A stretch of DNA of 64,000 nucleotides from a virus (lineage: Duplodnaviria; Caudoviricetes), in the IMG/VR virus record IMGVR_UViG_3300006204_000007, positions 1 to 64,000 of that record; one strand, 5' to 3'. The translations under genes and the position numbers were made by a program. The first letter of the stretch is position 1. Each line of letters begins with the position of its first letter. The notes beneath the pieces are model-generated. The model ran no database searches. It saw only the letters and a list, made by a program, of their open reading frames with translations, and had not been told where the DNA came from. Below, piece by piece: positions 8,808 to 18,568 of the stretch.

Positions 8808-9185
8808 ATGGAAAGAGTAAGCACGGCGGAAAGGCTTAGACAGATTATGGAAGAAAGAAACTTGAGACAGATTGATATATTAAATCTTGTGCTTCCGATA
8901 TGCGCCAAGTATGATGTCAAAATGAATAAGTCTGATATAAGCCAATATGTTTCTGGAAAAAACGAACCAAGCCAAGAAAAATTAGTTGTTCTCGGAATGG
9001 CTCTGAATGTTACAGAGTCTTGGCTTATGGGTTTTGATGTTGCAAAGGAAAGAAAGGAAACACCTGCACAGGCAGAAAAAGATTTTGACATTCTGTATAA
9101 ATTTTCTATGCTAAGTGATCGTGATAAAAAAATCGTGTCTGATATGATTGATTCTATGCTTTCAATGAAGGGGAATGGGGTTTAA
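8808..9185 (+). CDS. CI-like repressor (HTH, no peptidase domain)
   Basis: AERLRQIMEERNLRQIDIL...KSDISQYVSGKNEP. Confidence 0.85.
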   Translation: MERVSTAERLRQIMEERNLRQIDILNLVLPICAKYDVKMNKSDISQYVSGKNEPSQEKLVVLGMALNVTESWLMGFDVAKERKETPAQAEKDFDILYKFSMLSDRDKKIVSDMIDSMLSMKGNGV

Positions 9186-9434
9186 TCAACCCCATTTTTC
9201 TAAGAATAATTCTAAAAACCTATGTAAATATTGCAAGGTTCCTAAGTTATCAATACTTTCGACCATCTCAACAATCTTTTCCCTATACCATTTTACCCCC
9301 CCCCCTATTTTTTCATTTACATTTGTTTCTGTTTGGTTTTTCATGCAAATTACCTCCGTTATTATAATTTTATTCATAAAAATAATATTTTATTACAAAA
9401 AGTAATAGTGTGTTACTGAAAAATATAGTATAAT

Positions 9435-10271
9435 GTGATAAAAATAATTGTTAGAGGGGAATTTAATATGACGATGATAAAATGTCCGGATTGTGGTAGT
9501 TCTGTATCTGATAGGATGTCAAGCTGTCCGACATGCGGCGCGCCTATTGCAAAGAAAAGCGACCGATATTCGCAATTTTATCAAAAGCCGCAGACGTTTC
9601 TGTCAGAGCCGCGGTATGAGGAACACGCAGAACAACCAAGACAGAAAAAATCTTCAAAAAGCACGGCATTGAGTATATTGGCGATTCTCATATCTTTTAT
9701 GGCTTTCCTCACATCGTTTATTGCTATTGCTATAGCGTCAAGTAAGCAGAAAGAGGTTGTTGCGGATAGGGAAGTACCAGTATATTTAGAATCAGATCAA
9801 TCACAGACAATTCCGGATGTTGAAGAGAAAGAAGTAATTCCTAAAAATATTTATTCAGAGGAAAAACCAGTAGAAAAACAAAACCAATATCAAGGCAAAG
9901 AAAAGAACAATGTGGTATACGAAGAAGAATTGTATAAAGACGAAAATATTGTTATTTCGTATAACAAAATAACTGAAAATTCATATGGTGGTTATGATAT
10001 AGATTTTGTTATAGAAAATTATTCTTCAAGAACTTTGGAAGTTCAAGCAAGAGAAACATCTATTAACGGATATATGGTTGATCCTATATGCTCTATTGAA
10101 ATAGCACCAAATAAAAAAGCTGTGGATGGAATGAGCATAGGGGGAGTTGACGCTGAAAGAGTTCCTTTAAAAGAAATAAGTGATATAGAAACAAAATTCC
10201 ACATTATTGATTGGAATGATGATGCTTTTAATTATGATACAGGTAATATTACAATAAAAAGAAATGATTAA
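9435..10271 (+). CDS. Zinc-ribbon, single-TM, extracellular-domain protein (possible superinfection exclusion)
   Basis: CPDCG..CPTCG N-terminus, one TM segment, lysogeny-module position. Confidence 0.65.
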   Translation: MIKIIVRGEFNMTMIKCPDCGSSVSDRMSSCPTCGAPIAKKSDRYSQFYQKPQTFLSEPRYEEHAEQPRQKKSSKSTALSILAILISFMAFLTSFIAIAIASSKQKEVVADREVPVYLESDQSQTIPDVEEKEVIPKNIYSEEKPVEKQNQYQGKEKNNVVYEEELYKDENIVISYNKITENSYGGYDIDFVIENYSSRTLEVQARETSINGYMVDPICSIEIAPNKKAVDGMSIGGVDAERVPLKEISDIETKFHIIDWNDDAFNYDTGNITIKRND

Positions 10272-10274
10272 AAA

Positions 10275-10475
10275 GTGGAGGTATCAAATATGGCAAGGAT
10301 AAAATGTCCAAAAATGTTATGTGGTAGTAAAGATGTTACAATGATTGGCGCAAGAAGTCGTACAAGCATAAATTTAAACCCACTACATCCATTCACGGTT
10401 TTTAATAATAAAGCCGCGGGAAAACAGAAATTTAGATGCAATAAATGTGGAAAGGTATTTAAGGCAAAGATATGA
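10275..10475 (+). CDS. Small zinc-ribbon protein
   Basis: CPKMLCGS...CNKCG. Confidence 0.65.
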   Translation: MEVSNMARIKCPKMLCGSKDVTMIGARSRTSINLNPLHPFTVFNNKAAGKQKFRCNKCGKVFKAKI

Positions 10476-10722
10476 GTACGGATTACATAGACGAACAAAC
10501 CTTCTTCTCCCTCCCTCCCGCAGAACAGGACAGGATCATGCGGGAGTGGCTGGGGGAGTTTTCCAGAAATGAACTTCTGGCAATAAAACATTTGATGGAA
10601 CAAATAAACCGCCCTGCCGAAACAGAGCGGTAAGACAACAGCCCACACTGGTACCGCTGTGCGTTCGCAACTGCAGCATGTAATCCGGGTGGGTAATTTT
10701 CAACCATAAAGGAGGATATTCT

Positions 10723-11739
10723 ATGAAGATCGAAAAACTCCCGTCCGGCTCTTACCGGGTAAGGAAGATGTACAAGGGGAAGATGTATGCTGTTACGTTT
10801 GAGTATAAGCCTACACAGAAAGAAGCACTTGAGGCGATGGCTAAGCGTCTCAGCATCATGCAAGGAAAAAACGAGGGGCTTACCTTCCGAGCGGCGGCAG
10901 AGGAATATATTGAGTCAAAACGGAACATCCTGTCTCCCAGCACCATCCGCGGGTATAAGAACATCGTAAAAGGGCTGTCCTCCTCTTTCTTAAGCATAAA
11001 TGTCCACGACGTGACAGAGTACGACGTACAGCGGCAGATAAACTCTTTGTCGAAAAATAGGAGCCCGAAGTCTGTACGCAATTACCATGGCTTCATATCG
11101 GCTGTTTTAGGCATGTTTTGTCCGAACCTTAAGCTGAATACCACAATGCCGCAAAAGGTCAAAAATGAGCCTTATATCCCCTCTGACGATGATGTGAGGC
11201 GGCTACTCGATGTAGCGGCGGGTACCCGTTACGAAATCCCTATTGTGCTCGCCTGTTACGGTATGCGCAGATCGGAGATCGCCGCGCTAACCCCGAAAGA
11301 CATAGACGGGGATGTGGTGCGTATTAATAAAGCTCTTGTGCAGAACGAAAACGAGGAGTGGGTAAAGAAAAAGACGAAGACAACCGCCAGTACGCGGGAA
11401 ATCGTGATACCTACACCCATAGCGGAGAAGATACGAGCGCAGGGGTATGTTTATAATGGGAGTCTTAACGGCATTACATACTTCTTACAGCGGACGCAGG
11501 ACGCGCTGGGTATACCGCGGTTCTCAATTCACAAACTTAGACATTACTTTGCATCAAAAATGAGCGCACTAAACATTCCCGAGGCGGATATTCTTAAAAT
11601 GGGTGGCTGGTCGTCGGATTATGTAATGAAATCCGTGTACAGGCACTCTATGATGGACAAAGAAGAGCAGGCAAAGCGGGAGGCGGCAGAACGTCTAAGA
11701 GGCGTTCTTTTTTCGGAAGATTCCATGACAAATTCATGA
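10723..11739 (+). CDS. int: Tyrosine integrase
   Basis: GMRRSEI, HKLRHYFAS, GGWS...VYRH catalytic motifs. Confidence 0.95.
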   Translation: MKIEKLPSGSYRVRKMYKGKMYAVTFEYKPTQKEALEAMAKRLSIMQGKNEGLTFRAAAEEYIESKRNILSPSTIRGYKNIVKGLSSSFLSINVHDVTEYDVQRQINSLSKNRSPKSVRNYHGFISAVLGMFCPNLKLNTTMPQKVKNEPYIPSDDDVRRLLDVAAGTRYEIPIVLACYGMRRSEIAALTPKDIDGDVVRINKALVQNENEEWVKKKTKTTASTREIVIPTPIAEKIRAQGYVYNGSLNGITYFLQRTQDALGIPRFSIHKLRHYFASKMSALNIPEADILKMGGWSSDYVMKSVYRHSMMDKEEQAKREAAERLRGVLFSEDSMTNS

Positions 11740-11859
11740 CAAAAAATGAAACAAAAGTTATTTTTACATAACAATTTTAATTTGTAAATCCGAACATGAA
11801 AACAGCGGAAATCCTAAGTTTTTTCAAGGACTTCCGCTGTTTTCGTTGATTTTACATTA

Positions 11860-11883
11860 GTGAACCACGGGGGATTCGAACCC
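11860..11883 (-). other. att core: 3' end of a host tRNA (T-loop plus acceptor strand), flanked by integrase arm-type repeats
   Basis: Reverse complement GGGTTCGAATCCCCCGTGGTTCAC; paired CATGACAAA-like repeats near 11724-11740 and 11934-11955. Confidence 0.8.
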
Positions 11884-11955
11884 GCGGTATAAAGTGCCAA
11901 AATCATTGATTTTACTGGTTATATTCAATTTTCATGACAAATTCTGTGACAAATT

Positions 11956-12717
11956 TTATCCGAGTACCGCCCAAGTATTTGCCCCGACAATGCCATCTGC
12001 AGCAAGCCCTTTGTCGATCTGGAATGCCTTTACTGCCTCCAAGGTCTTAATCCCGAAGATACCGTCAATCTTGCCGACACTGTATCCCATAGCAGTAAGA
12101 CGGATCTGCAAATGTACTACATCTGCACCGCGGTCACCATACTTTAATACCGTCCTTTTCCCAAGGGCAATCTCTCCATCCGCAACTACATCATCATACT
12201 TTGTCAGCCCGTATTTGTCAATCTTCGCAAGGCAGTTGTTTATGTATGTACTGCTTGTACAATAGCCCGCCGCCTTGATCGCATTCATGTACCTCTCTGG
12301 CGTATCAGCATCCCTTACCTTTGCATACCGCTTCATATCCAGAAAGTCGTAGTAGCCGATTAATCCGGTTTCCATGTCTGGATAAACGCGGAAATAATCC
12401 GTGATCCGAGTTATCACGCCTATCTTGTACTCTTCGCCGGTTTTGAGCGACACGGAAGGTCTTCCCTGTTTCAGCCAATATTGTCCGCACTTCATGCCGT
12501 GGTAGTTATGATATTTTTCTGCGAGTTGGCTGATTCCGCTTTTGCTCTTAGCGGAAAGAGATTCCTGCAATGCCTGTGCGATTGCCGTAGAAACCACCTT
12601 GTACCCGCGCCGCTTCGCTTCTTTCTGCAAAGTCGGAGCGATCTGTTCAATAAAGCCGTTTATCTGTTCTTTTGTCGACATACTAATCCTCCGAGTGCAA
12701 AAAATCATCCGCCGCAA
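11956..12717 (-). CDS. Endolysin: glucosaminidase (GH73-like) plus peptidoglycan-binding domain
   Basis: AQALQES, NYHGMK, GYCTSSTY; C-terminal LKYGDRGADV...DGIVGANTW. Confidence 0.88.
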   Translation of the reverse strand: MRRMIFCTRRISMSTKEQINGFIEQIAPTLQKEAKRRGYKVVSTAIAQALQESLSAKSKSGISQLAEKYHNYHGMKCGQYWLKQGRPSVSLKTGEEYKIGVITRITDYFRVYPDMETGLIGYYDFLDMKRYAKVRDADTPERYMNAIKAAGYCTSSTYINNCLAKIDKYGLTKYDDVVADGEIALGKRTVLKYGDRGADVVHLQIRLTAMGYSVGKIDGIFGIKTLEAVKAFQIDKGLAADGIVGANTWAVLG

Positions 12718-12919
12718 GCGCCGACTGCGTAAAGCTGTTGTTTTTCCACCACGCCCACAGGGATGCCGCCGCTGTCAGAACCATAGATACAGCCTGCCCA
12801 AATTCTTCGTCCGAAAACGGGAGAGGGTTGCAGCCGCTGATCGTCAAAATCTGATTCAAAAGTGCGAAGCCGAGCACCGCAGTCCGTACAATCGTCATTT
12901 TTTCCACTTTTCTTTTCAT
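12683..12919 (-). CDS. Holin (SPP1-like)
   Basis: TIVRTAVLGFALLNQIL...WAWWKNNSFT. Confidence 0.9.
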   Translation of the reverse strand: MKRKVEKMTIVRTAVLGFALLNQILTISGCNPLPFSDEEFGQAVSMVLTAAASLWAWWKNNSFTQSALAADDFLHSED

Positions 12920-13221
12920 GATTTTATACCTTCTTTCTTCTCTAAATTATCAATACGGTGGTTAGCCGTTCTGATTCGTTCCTCCATCACATCAGCCCTT
13001 GCTTCAAGCTTGTCTACCCGGCCGTCCATGACAGAGCAGTTTTCGCACTGCTTCCTCATTTTTTCCTCAAGCTGGGTTACCCGATAGGTAAGTACCTTTG
13101 CACTTCCAAGCACACCTACAACGGAGCCAAACAGACTTGCAAGAGCTGGTATGATGATATTGAGTAATTCGTTTGACATATAAACACCTCGCAAACATTT
13201 CTTATGTATATGATACTTCAT
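12916..13221 (-). CDS. Holin-associated membrane/coiled-coil protein (likely start MSNELL)
   Basis: N-terminal TM plus coiled coil, adjacent to the holin. Confidence 0.65.
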   Translation of the reverse strand: MKYHIHKKCLRGVYMSNELLNIIIPALASLFGSVVGVLGSAKVLTYRVTQLEEKMRKQCENCSVMDGRVDKLEARADVMEERIRTANHRIDNLEKKEGIKS

Positions 13222-13317
13222 TTATTTTGTAAAATTGTACCATTTTAATGAAAAAATTTAGATTTTTATTTAACTAATTTCCATAATCTTCCATCAGCAT
13301 TTTCCTCCTTTTAACCA

Positions 13318-13470
13318 TTATTTCACTATTTTGCTAATGCGGTCGATTATATCTGCGTACTCATCCGCGGTAATTCTTCCGGCAGCATAATAGACATCGG
13401 CCATAATTGCTATCTGATCACCAGTCTTGATTCCGTTCTGGATGAAATTTCTCAAAATTCTGTATGGCAA
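13318..13470 (-). CDS. XkdX-like small tail-associated protein (50 aa)
   Basis: Hand-translated from TTG: PYRILRNFI...GRITADEYADII. Confidence 0.6.
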   Translation of the reverse strand: MPYRILRNFIQNGIKTGDQIAIMADVYYAAGRITADEYADIIDRISKIVK

Positions 13471-13893
13471 TTAAATCACCCCCTCTGCATTTGATAGACC
13501 AATCTGCGATAAACTGCTTTCGTAAAGAAGGCCGCCGACCATTTCCGTAAGTTCTTCATTTGACAGGGGATCAACAGGAATATTTTCTGCATCAATATCC
13601 ATTTCCTCCTGTGTCATGTATGGGACAGTCTGTCTCAACTCTGGATTGTTTGTATACGAAACGGTGTATGGCTGTGTTGGATTCTCCGCATTTAATACAT
13701 CATAGCGGTAGATAAATTCTGATCCATCCACAATCATCATGCCATCTCCGCTGTATAACTCAAATCCATCATTCGAAACCATAGGAAAGGATTCTTTTTG
13801 GAAATAAATTGTTATGACGCTATCTGAAACAGAATATCCCGTTACATTCTGCACTTCCCCGTTTTTATATTTTATATAATTATTTTTTTTCAC
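13471..13893 (-). CDS. Tail fibre assembly/chaperone-like protein
   Basis: Position after the fibre gene and before the XkdX-like gene. Confidence 0.5.
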   Translation of the reverse strand: MKKNNYIKYKNGEVQNVTGYSVSDSVITIYFQKESFPMVSNDGFELYSGDGMMIVDGSEFIYRYDVLNAENPTQPYTVSYTNNPELRQTVPYMTQEEMDIDAENIPVDPLSNEELTEMVGGLLYESSLSQIGLSNAEGVI

Positions 13894-13904
13894 TTGACTA
13901 TCTC

Positions 13905-15815
13905 CTATCTAGCATTTATTTCTACTCTTTCAGCATGAGGACCGAATGCGAAAAAATAAAATTCACCAACTGATCCTTTTGGAACAGATACTTTAATAAT
14001 GTGAGAACTATATATTTCACTACTAACCGAAGCAATTGCGCCTCTTGAGGTCGACCCTCTACTTCCTAAAGATACGATTCTAACAGGAGGACTAGTAGTA
14101 GATGTGCTAGTGCCGGAAAACCATCCTGGAAAAATCGCCCATATAACTTGCCTGTCATCCGCGCCTGTATTGGATAAAGTTGACGATGCCCCATTGTGAT
14201 TTACTAAAATAAAGCTATTACTACCAAAACTTGGTATCGCATATTCAGCTATATATGCAGCTTCCCATGCATCAAAACGTATGCTTCTAATATATTTTAC
14301 AGGAACATTTAATAAATTGGAAAAATATCCATTAAACGCAACGGTTTTTAAATCAGAAAGATATTTATTTATTCTACCAAAATTTACATCAATCGTTGAT
14401 CCTGCAGATGGCAGTATTCTGGAATTTGACAAAAAAATGCCGGACAATGTCTTGGAAATATCCCCGCCACTTTTTTTTACATAATTTTCCAAAAGAAATT
14501 CTTCTGTAATTTCACCAGATTTTGCCGTTGCCACGCCGTTTTCGTCAACGGTTATTGTTGTGCCGTCCGGCTTTATCCCTCCAATACTTGACTCCGTTGC
14601 AATAGGAAGATTTCCGTTTTTGATATATGTTGTATTGATTACATTTCCCTCGGCATCCTGCGTTGCCTTTATAGCACTTGGGTAGGTAATAACTTTATGG
14701 CCTTTTACAAGCTCGTATCCTTCAGCAAACGATTCTCTGTCTGCAAACAGAACCCATTCGTTTTCCATCGCATCATAGTTCAAAAACGTGCCAACAAGCG
14801 TGATAGTGCGACCTGATCCAGAAATTTTCATGGCAAGATGGTATGTATCGTCACTTTCTCTATGAACAAGCATGGGGCAATATTGAGTAGGGTAATTGGT
14901 AAAAAGAGGATTAGCCTCCGCTAATTTCTTATCATAATTTGCGCAAATGGTTATGTCCGCAGTTCCATACCGACTTGTATAGTCGGAATTTCTGATGCAT
15001 ATGATCATGCCTGAAAATCCTTTTGGATTTTCGATATGCTCAGAACCTTGTGTGTTATACCAGTCCGTCACATCCCACATCAGCAGAAGTTTTTGCCTGC
15101 CACCATTATCGGGAACGTTATAATTTTTCATTCTGATGTTCCCAACTATCGGTTCGTTTCCCTGAATGACAGCTTCTCCGGGTATAATAGTTTTACTATT
15201 ATTTCCAAAAATAAGCCAACGGCCGAGTTTATTCGAGTGAACTCCGTGGTTTATACCGCCGCTTCCTATTCCGAGCCATACTTTTTCTTCGTTATCTTTG
15301 TTTTTTACGTGAAATCCTCCACCGCCAGATGGGGTAATTACATTGAGTTTCCCCGTCATGGTATCTCCAGATTTTTGCACAAAAGTCCCTTCCGCATCCG
15401 CAGCTTTCATATATCCTAAAAGTTCTGAGCTTAGCTGATCCTCCGTAACGTATCCCGAAAGATCAACTTCTGCCTGCAGCTCTCCAATCTTTTCATACCC
15501 GAAATCAGGAATGTAAATGTATTCGTCATATCTGTTATCCATAGAAGCTTCTTGGTTTGGCACAAGATAAAACACGCCAATCTTTCCTACAGCCGGAAGA
15601 GAAGCGACTGATTCCGCAAAGCTATAGGAAAAACCAAACTCATATCCCTTTGCGATCATCTGCCAGTATTCACTGTTCGTTGGAAGGTTACCCGTCGTAT
15701 TTTTTAATGCAACATATGAAGAAAAATCATAGTACACAACATCCAGTTTTTCATATATTTCTGAACTGTTATATTCCCCTTTTATCGCAAATCCGATCCT
15801 TCCTGCGTCTCTCAT
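13905..15815 (-). CDS. Tail fibre / receptor-binding protein 2
   Basis: N-terminal GRIGF.KGEY...LDVVYY anchor shared with 15826-17856. Confidence 0.7.
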   Translation of the reverse strand: MRDAGRIGFAIKGEYNSSEIYEKLDVVYYDFSSYVALKNTTGNLPTNSEYWQMIAKGYEFGFSYSFAESVASLPAVGKIGVFYLVPNQEASMDNRYDEYIYIPDFGYEKIGELQAEVDLSGYVTEDQLSSELLGYMKAADAEGTFVQKSGDTMTGKLNVITPSGGGGFHVKNKDNEEKVWLGIGSGGINHGVHSNKLGRWLIFGNNSKTIIPGEAVIQGNEPIVGNIRMKNYNVPDNGGRQKLLLMWDVTDWYNTQGSEHIENPKGFSGMIICIRNSDYTSRYGTADITICANYDKKLAEANPLFTNYPTQYCPMLVHRESDDTYHLAMKISGSGRTITLVGTFLNYDAMENEWVLFADRESFAEGYELVKGHKVITYPSAIKATQDAEGNVINTTYIKNGNLPIATESSIGGIKPDGTTITVDENGVATAKSGEITEEFLLENYVKKSGGDISKTLSGIFLSNSRILPSAGSTIDVNFGRINKYLSDLKTVAFNGYFSNLLNVPVKYIRSIRFDAWEAAYIAEYAIPSFGSNSFILVNHNGASSTLSNTGADDRQVIWAIFPGWFSGTSTSTTSPPVRIVSLGSRGSTSRGAIASVSSEIYSSHIIKVSVPKGSVGEFYFFAFGPHAERVEINAR

Positions 15816-15825
15816 AATCCTGCCC

Positions 15826-17856
15826 TCACTTTAACACGATACTGACAATATTATCTGTTACCCGTTCTATCACCATATAGGTATCAAATCCGCGCTCTTC
15901 TGCGAGTGTAGCAATACCTCCGTCTGCACAGCGGCAATATCTTCCGACTTCGCACGTACCGTCGTCGCGGACGGGAAGAACCCCAACCATTCCGACTGCG
16001 TCCCACTCGGGGCGATCAAGGCGGAAGGTATACGGAGCGTCGGAATCGTAGTCAGGATTGACTCTGTAAAACTCCACGTCCACCTCACGTTCGACCTCTG
16101 TCACATTTCCGCCTTCGTCAATGGATGGCTCATTGACCGTTTCTTTGTGGGTTTCTTTGATAAACGTCCCAAATTCGTCCCGCATGAACTGGCCGTGCCA
16201 CTCCATATCGGCGTTACCGATCACCGACGGGTTGCCGGATATAATTCCAACTACGTAATCACCCGCAGATGCCTTCTTTATCCGTTTCCCGTACATTGTC
16301 ACAAAGTAGCCGCGCCGATCTTCATTATCGGGATTGCCGTCTGCCCATTCGAAAAGCTCTGCGTAGTCTGCTCCTGTGGAAGAGTATGCCTGCTTGCACC
16401 AAAGTTTTCCGTTGTAATCTATTCTTACTGCATTGCTTTTTCCAGAATCAGCTCCGTTTCCAATTACAAACGCTGAGCCGGTTCCTGTGCCAGAATATTT
16501 TCCTCCTGTAGCTAATTCTGTATTATTGTAATGACCAATAGCGAGTTGGTCATATAATGCTTCTGTTTTATATCCCATAGCGTGAGACCTGCTCCCACTT
16601 GCTATGGTTTCATTTCCTTCTGCAAAAGACTGTGAACCGCTTGCTAGCGTATTTGATCCTCCCGCGTGAGAATGATCACCTGTAGCTTTTGCTTTATATC
16701 CTTCTGAGTGAGAACATTCCCCTCTTGCTTCTGTCATATACCCTTCAGAGTGTGCATAGTTATTTGCGGAAATGCTTATTCTTCCTTCCGAATGGCACCC
16801 CGGATAATTTCCTTCAGATTTTACAATCGTAGCAAAAATAACAAAATAATTTGACGTTGGAATATCTTCATTTACAATAATTGATTTCCCATCGCTTCCT
16901 TTTTCGGAAACCGTGTATATAGAAGCGATATCTATATAGTGCGTATTTTGCACAAAAAGTTTTGACCCTACTTCTAAAGTCGAAAAAGCGTCGGAGAATC
17001 CATAGTATGTATTGTCAAATGTAAATTTTTTAGCCGTCGAGTCATAGCTTGCAATTTTAAAAACATATTTTGTTCCTGCTATATTCTGGCAATTTTCCGC
17101 GTGGGATCCTGATCCAAATGCTATATTGCCGCAGCCTTCTGAAAAACAATAGATATCTACAGAAGCTAAATGGCTTCCTAAAGCCATAGAACTATAACCC
17201 ATAGTATTGCATTCTTTTCCGAAGGAAATAGAATTATCGCCGCTTGCTTTGTTGTTGTATCCGCCTGAAAAAGAATTAATTCCGGCTACTATATTTGTGT
17301 CACCGATAGCCATTGACTTTTGTCCAGTTACATCAAGGTTATTCCCAAACGCAAAACTTTTTTTACCAACAACCGTCTCATCTTTCCTGCCAAGGCTGAC
17401 TGCATCATCACCATAAATCGCCTTGGACGCAAAATCTCCATCCGCGCTTCCACCAGCCAAATGCATCGTTCCATCTTCATCCACCGTAATTGTCGTACCA
17501 TCTGGCTTACCAATACCCGCTCTAAAAGTCGTCATTGTTTTAATGCCGATATCTGCAAGCGTTTTATTCCCTTCTAAAACAACATTGTTAATTTTTGGCT
17601 TGTTATCCAGATCGTCATAATCAGTCGTTCCACCGGAAGAGCCTCCCGCACTAGCGGATGCCAATATCTGCCAAAACTCATTGTCATTTACAGGAACATT
17701 TCCGGTTGTATCCTTTTTCGCTACATAAGAAGACCCGTTATAATAAACAACATCAAGAAAACCATATGTTTCTTCTTCCCGATATTCTCCTTTTACCAGA
17801 AACCCAATTCTTCCTGCATCTCCGTTTATTACTTCGCTCATAACGATAACCCCCAT
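15826..17856 (-). CDS. Tail fibre 1 with YadA/Hep-Hag-like repeats and a C-terminal Peptidase_G2-like chaperone
   Basis: SHAEG/SFA.G repeats; GADYAELFEWADGNP...GYFV motif. Confidence 0.8.
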   Translation of the reverse strand: MGVIVMSEVINGDAGRIGFLVKGEYREEETYGFLDVVYYNGSSYVAKKDTTGNVPVNDNEFWQILASASAGGSSGGTTDYDDLDNKPKINNVVLEGNKTLADIGIKTMTTFRAGIGKPDGTTITVDEDGTMHLAGGSADGDFASKAIYGDDAVSLGRKDETVVGKKSFAFGNNLDVTGQKSMAIGDTNIVAGINSFSGGYNNKASGDNSISFGKECNTMGYSSMALGSHLASVDIYCFSEGCGNIAFGSGSHAENCQNIAGTKYVFKIASYDSTAKKFTFDNTYYGFSDAFSTLEVGSKLFVQNTHYIDIASIYTVSEKGSDGKSIIVNEDIPTSNYFVIFATIVKSEGNYPGCHSEGRISISANNYAHSEGYMTEARGECSHSEGYKAKATGDHSHAGGSNTLASGSQSFAEGNETIASGSRSHAMGYKTEALYDQLAIGHYNNTELATGGKYSGTGTGSAFVIGNGADSGKSNAVRIDYNGKLWCKQAYSSTGADYAELFEWADGNPDNEDRRGYFVTMYGKRIKKASAGDYVVGIISGNPSVIGNADMEWHGQFMRDEFGTFIKETHKETVNEPSIDEGGNVTEVEREVDVEFYRVNPDYDSDAPYTFRLDRPEWDAVGMVGVLPVRDDGTCEVGRYCRCADGGIATLAEERGFDTYMVIERVTDNIVSIVLK

Positions 17857-18374
17857 AACAAATGCCCGTTGTTATCAACTTCAAAATCAAACTTCCCGCC
17901 AGAATACAGAAGGTGCCCCGTTCCAAAATCAATAGTAAAAGCCGGCTTTGAAAGATCAATCGCATTCTCCGCGACTTCGCTCCATTTTTTGGACTGCTCG
18001 CTGTAGTATTTGCTGTTGTCAGTATCTTCTCCCACGCGCGTACCAGTTCCGCCTACGGCCCATGACCTGGATTCTTTGGAGTATGTTCCTGCGTGGTTTT
18101 CATGTTGTTCAGCAAGAATCACAAACGCTTCCACCGCGGCCTGAATATCTTGGCATTCTTTCAGAATCTCTCGTATAAGCTCCATATCTTTCTCAAACGC
18201 CTCATATGTAGCCATTCGTAAAACGAACCCGGGCCGGAAGCACATCCAAACCTTTTTTGAGTCTGTTGATACCGCCCATTCCCCCGCGGTCATCTGGTCG
18301 GGATCAAAAAGTTCTTCGGCGCCGCGGCGCATTTGAATTGTTGCTAAAGTTGTGGTTGCTGATCTGAGTGCCAT
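17838..18374 (-). CDS. Tail/baseplate minor protein
   Basis: IQMRRG...GEWAV; SRSWAVGGTGTRVGEDTDNSKYYSEQ motif typical of phage tail proteins. Confidence 0.65.
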   Translation of the reverse strand: MALRSATTTLATIQMRRGAEELFDPDQMTAGEWAVSTDSKKVWMCFRPGFVLRMATYEAFEKDMELIREILKECQDIQAAVEAFVILAEQHENHAGTYSKESRSWAVGGTGTRVGEDTDNSKYYSEQSKKWSEVAENAIDLSKPAFTIDFGTGHLLYSGGKFDFEVDNNGHLLWGLSL

Positions 18375-18568
18375 AGGCTACCCCTCCACGATTCCCTGCG
18401 CGAAATCTTCCAATTCTGAAATGATTCCAAGCGCGTTACCGTCTACTACTACACGGTTCGCCCTCTCATTTTCCTTGATGATATTTCCGCTATCATCAAT
18501 TTCGGAAAAAGTGAGGGAAAGCCGCTTGCCCTCTGCCGTTGTAAGGATTGTCATGCTCGTTACTTTTT

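Larger units (their letters stand above)
1..11740. mobile_element. Prophage A, integrase-proximal part (replication, recombination, lysogeny); continues beyond the left edge
   Basis: Helicase/primase/ERCC4/Sak4/Gp157 on minus strand, divergent Cro/CI pair, tyrosine integrase ending next to a tRNA-derived att core. Confidence 0.9.

Noticed and set aside
11860-11883. A functional tRNA gene at the junction
   Set aside because: Only the 3' 24 nt are present; the isotype cannot be assigned from this fragment.
13905-17856. Diversity-generating retroelement or invertible tail-fibre shufflon
   Set aside because: No reverse transcriptase, no adenine-specific TR/VR pair and no invertase; similarity between the fibres is at protein-motif level and both are on the same strand.
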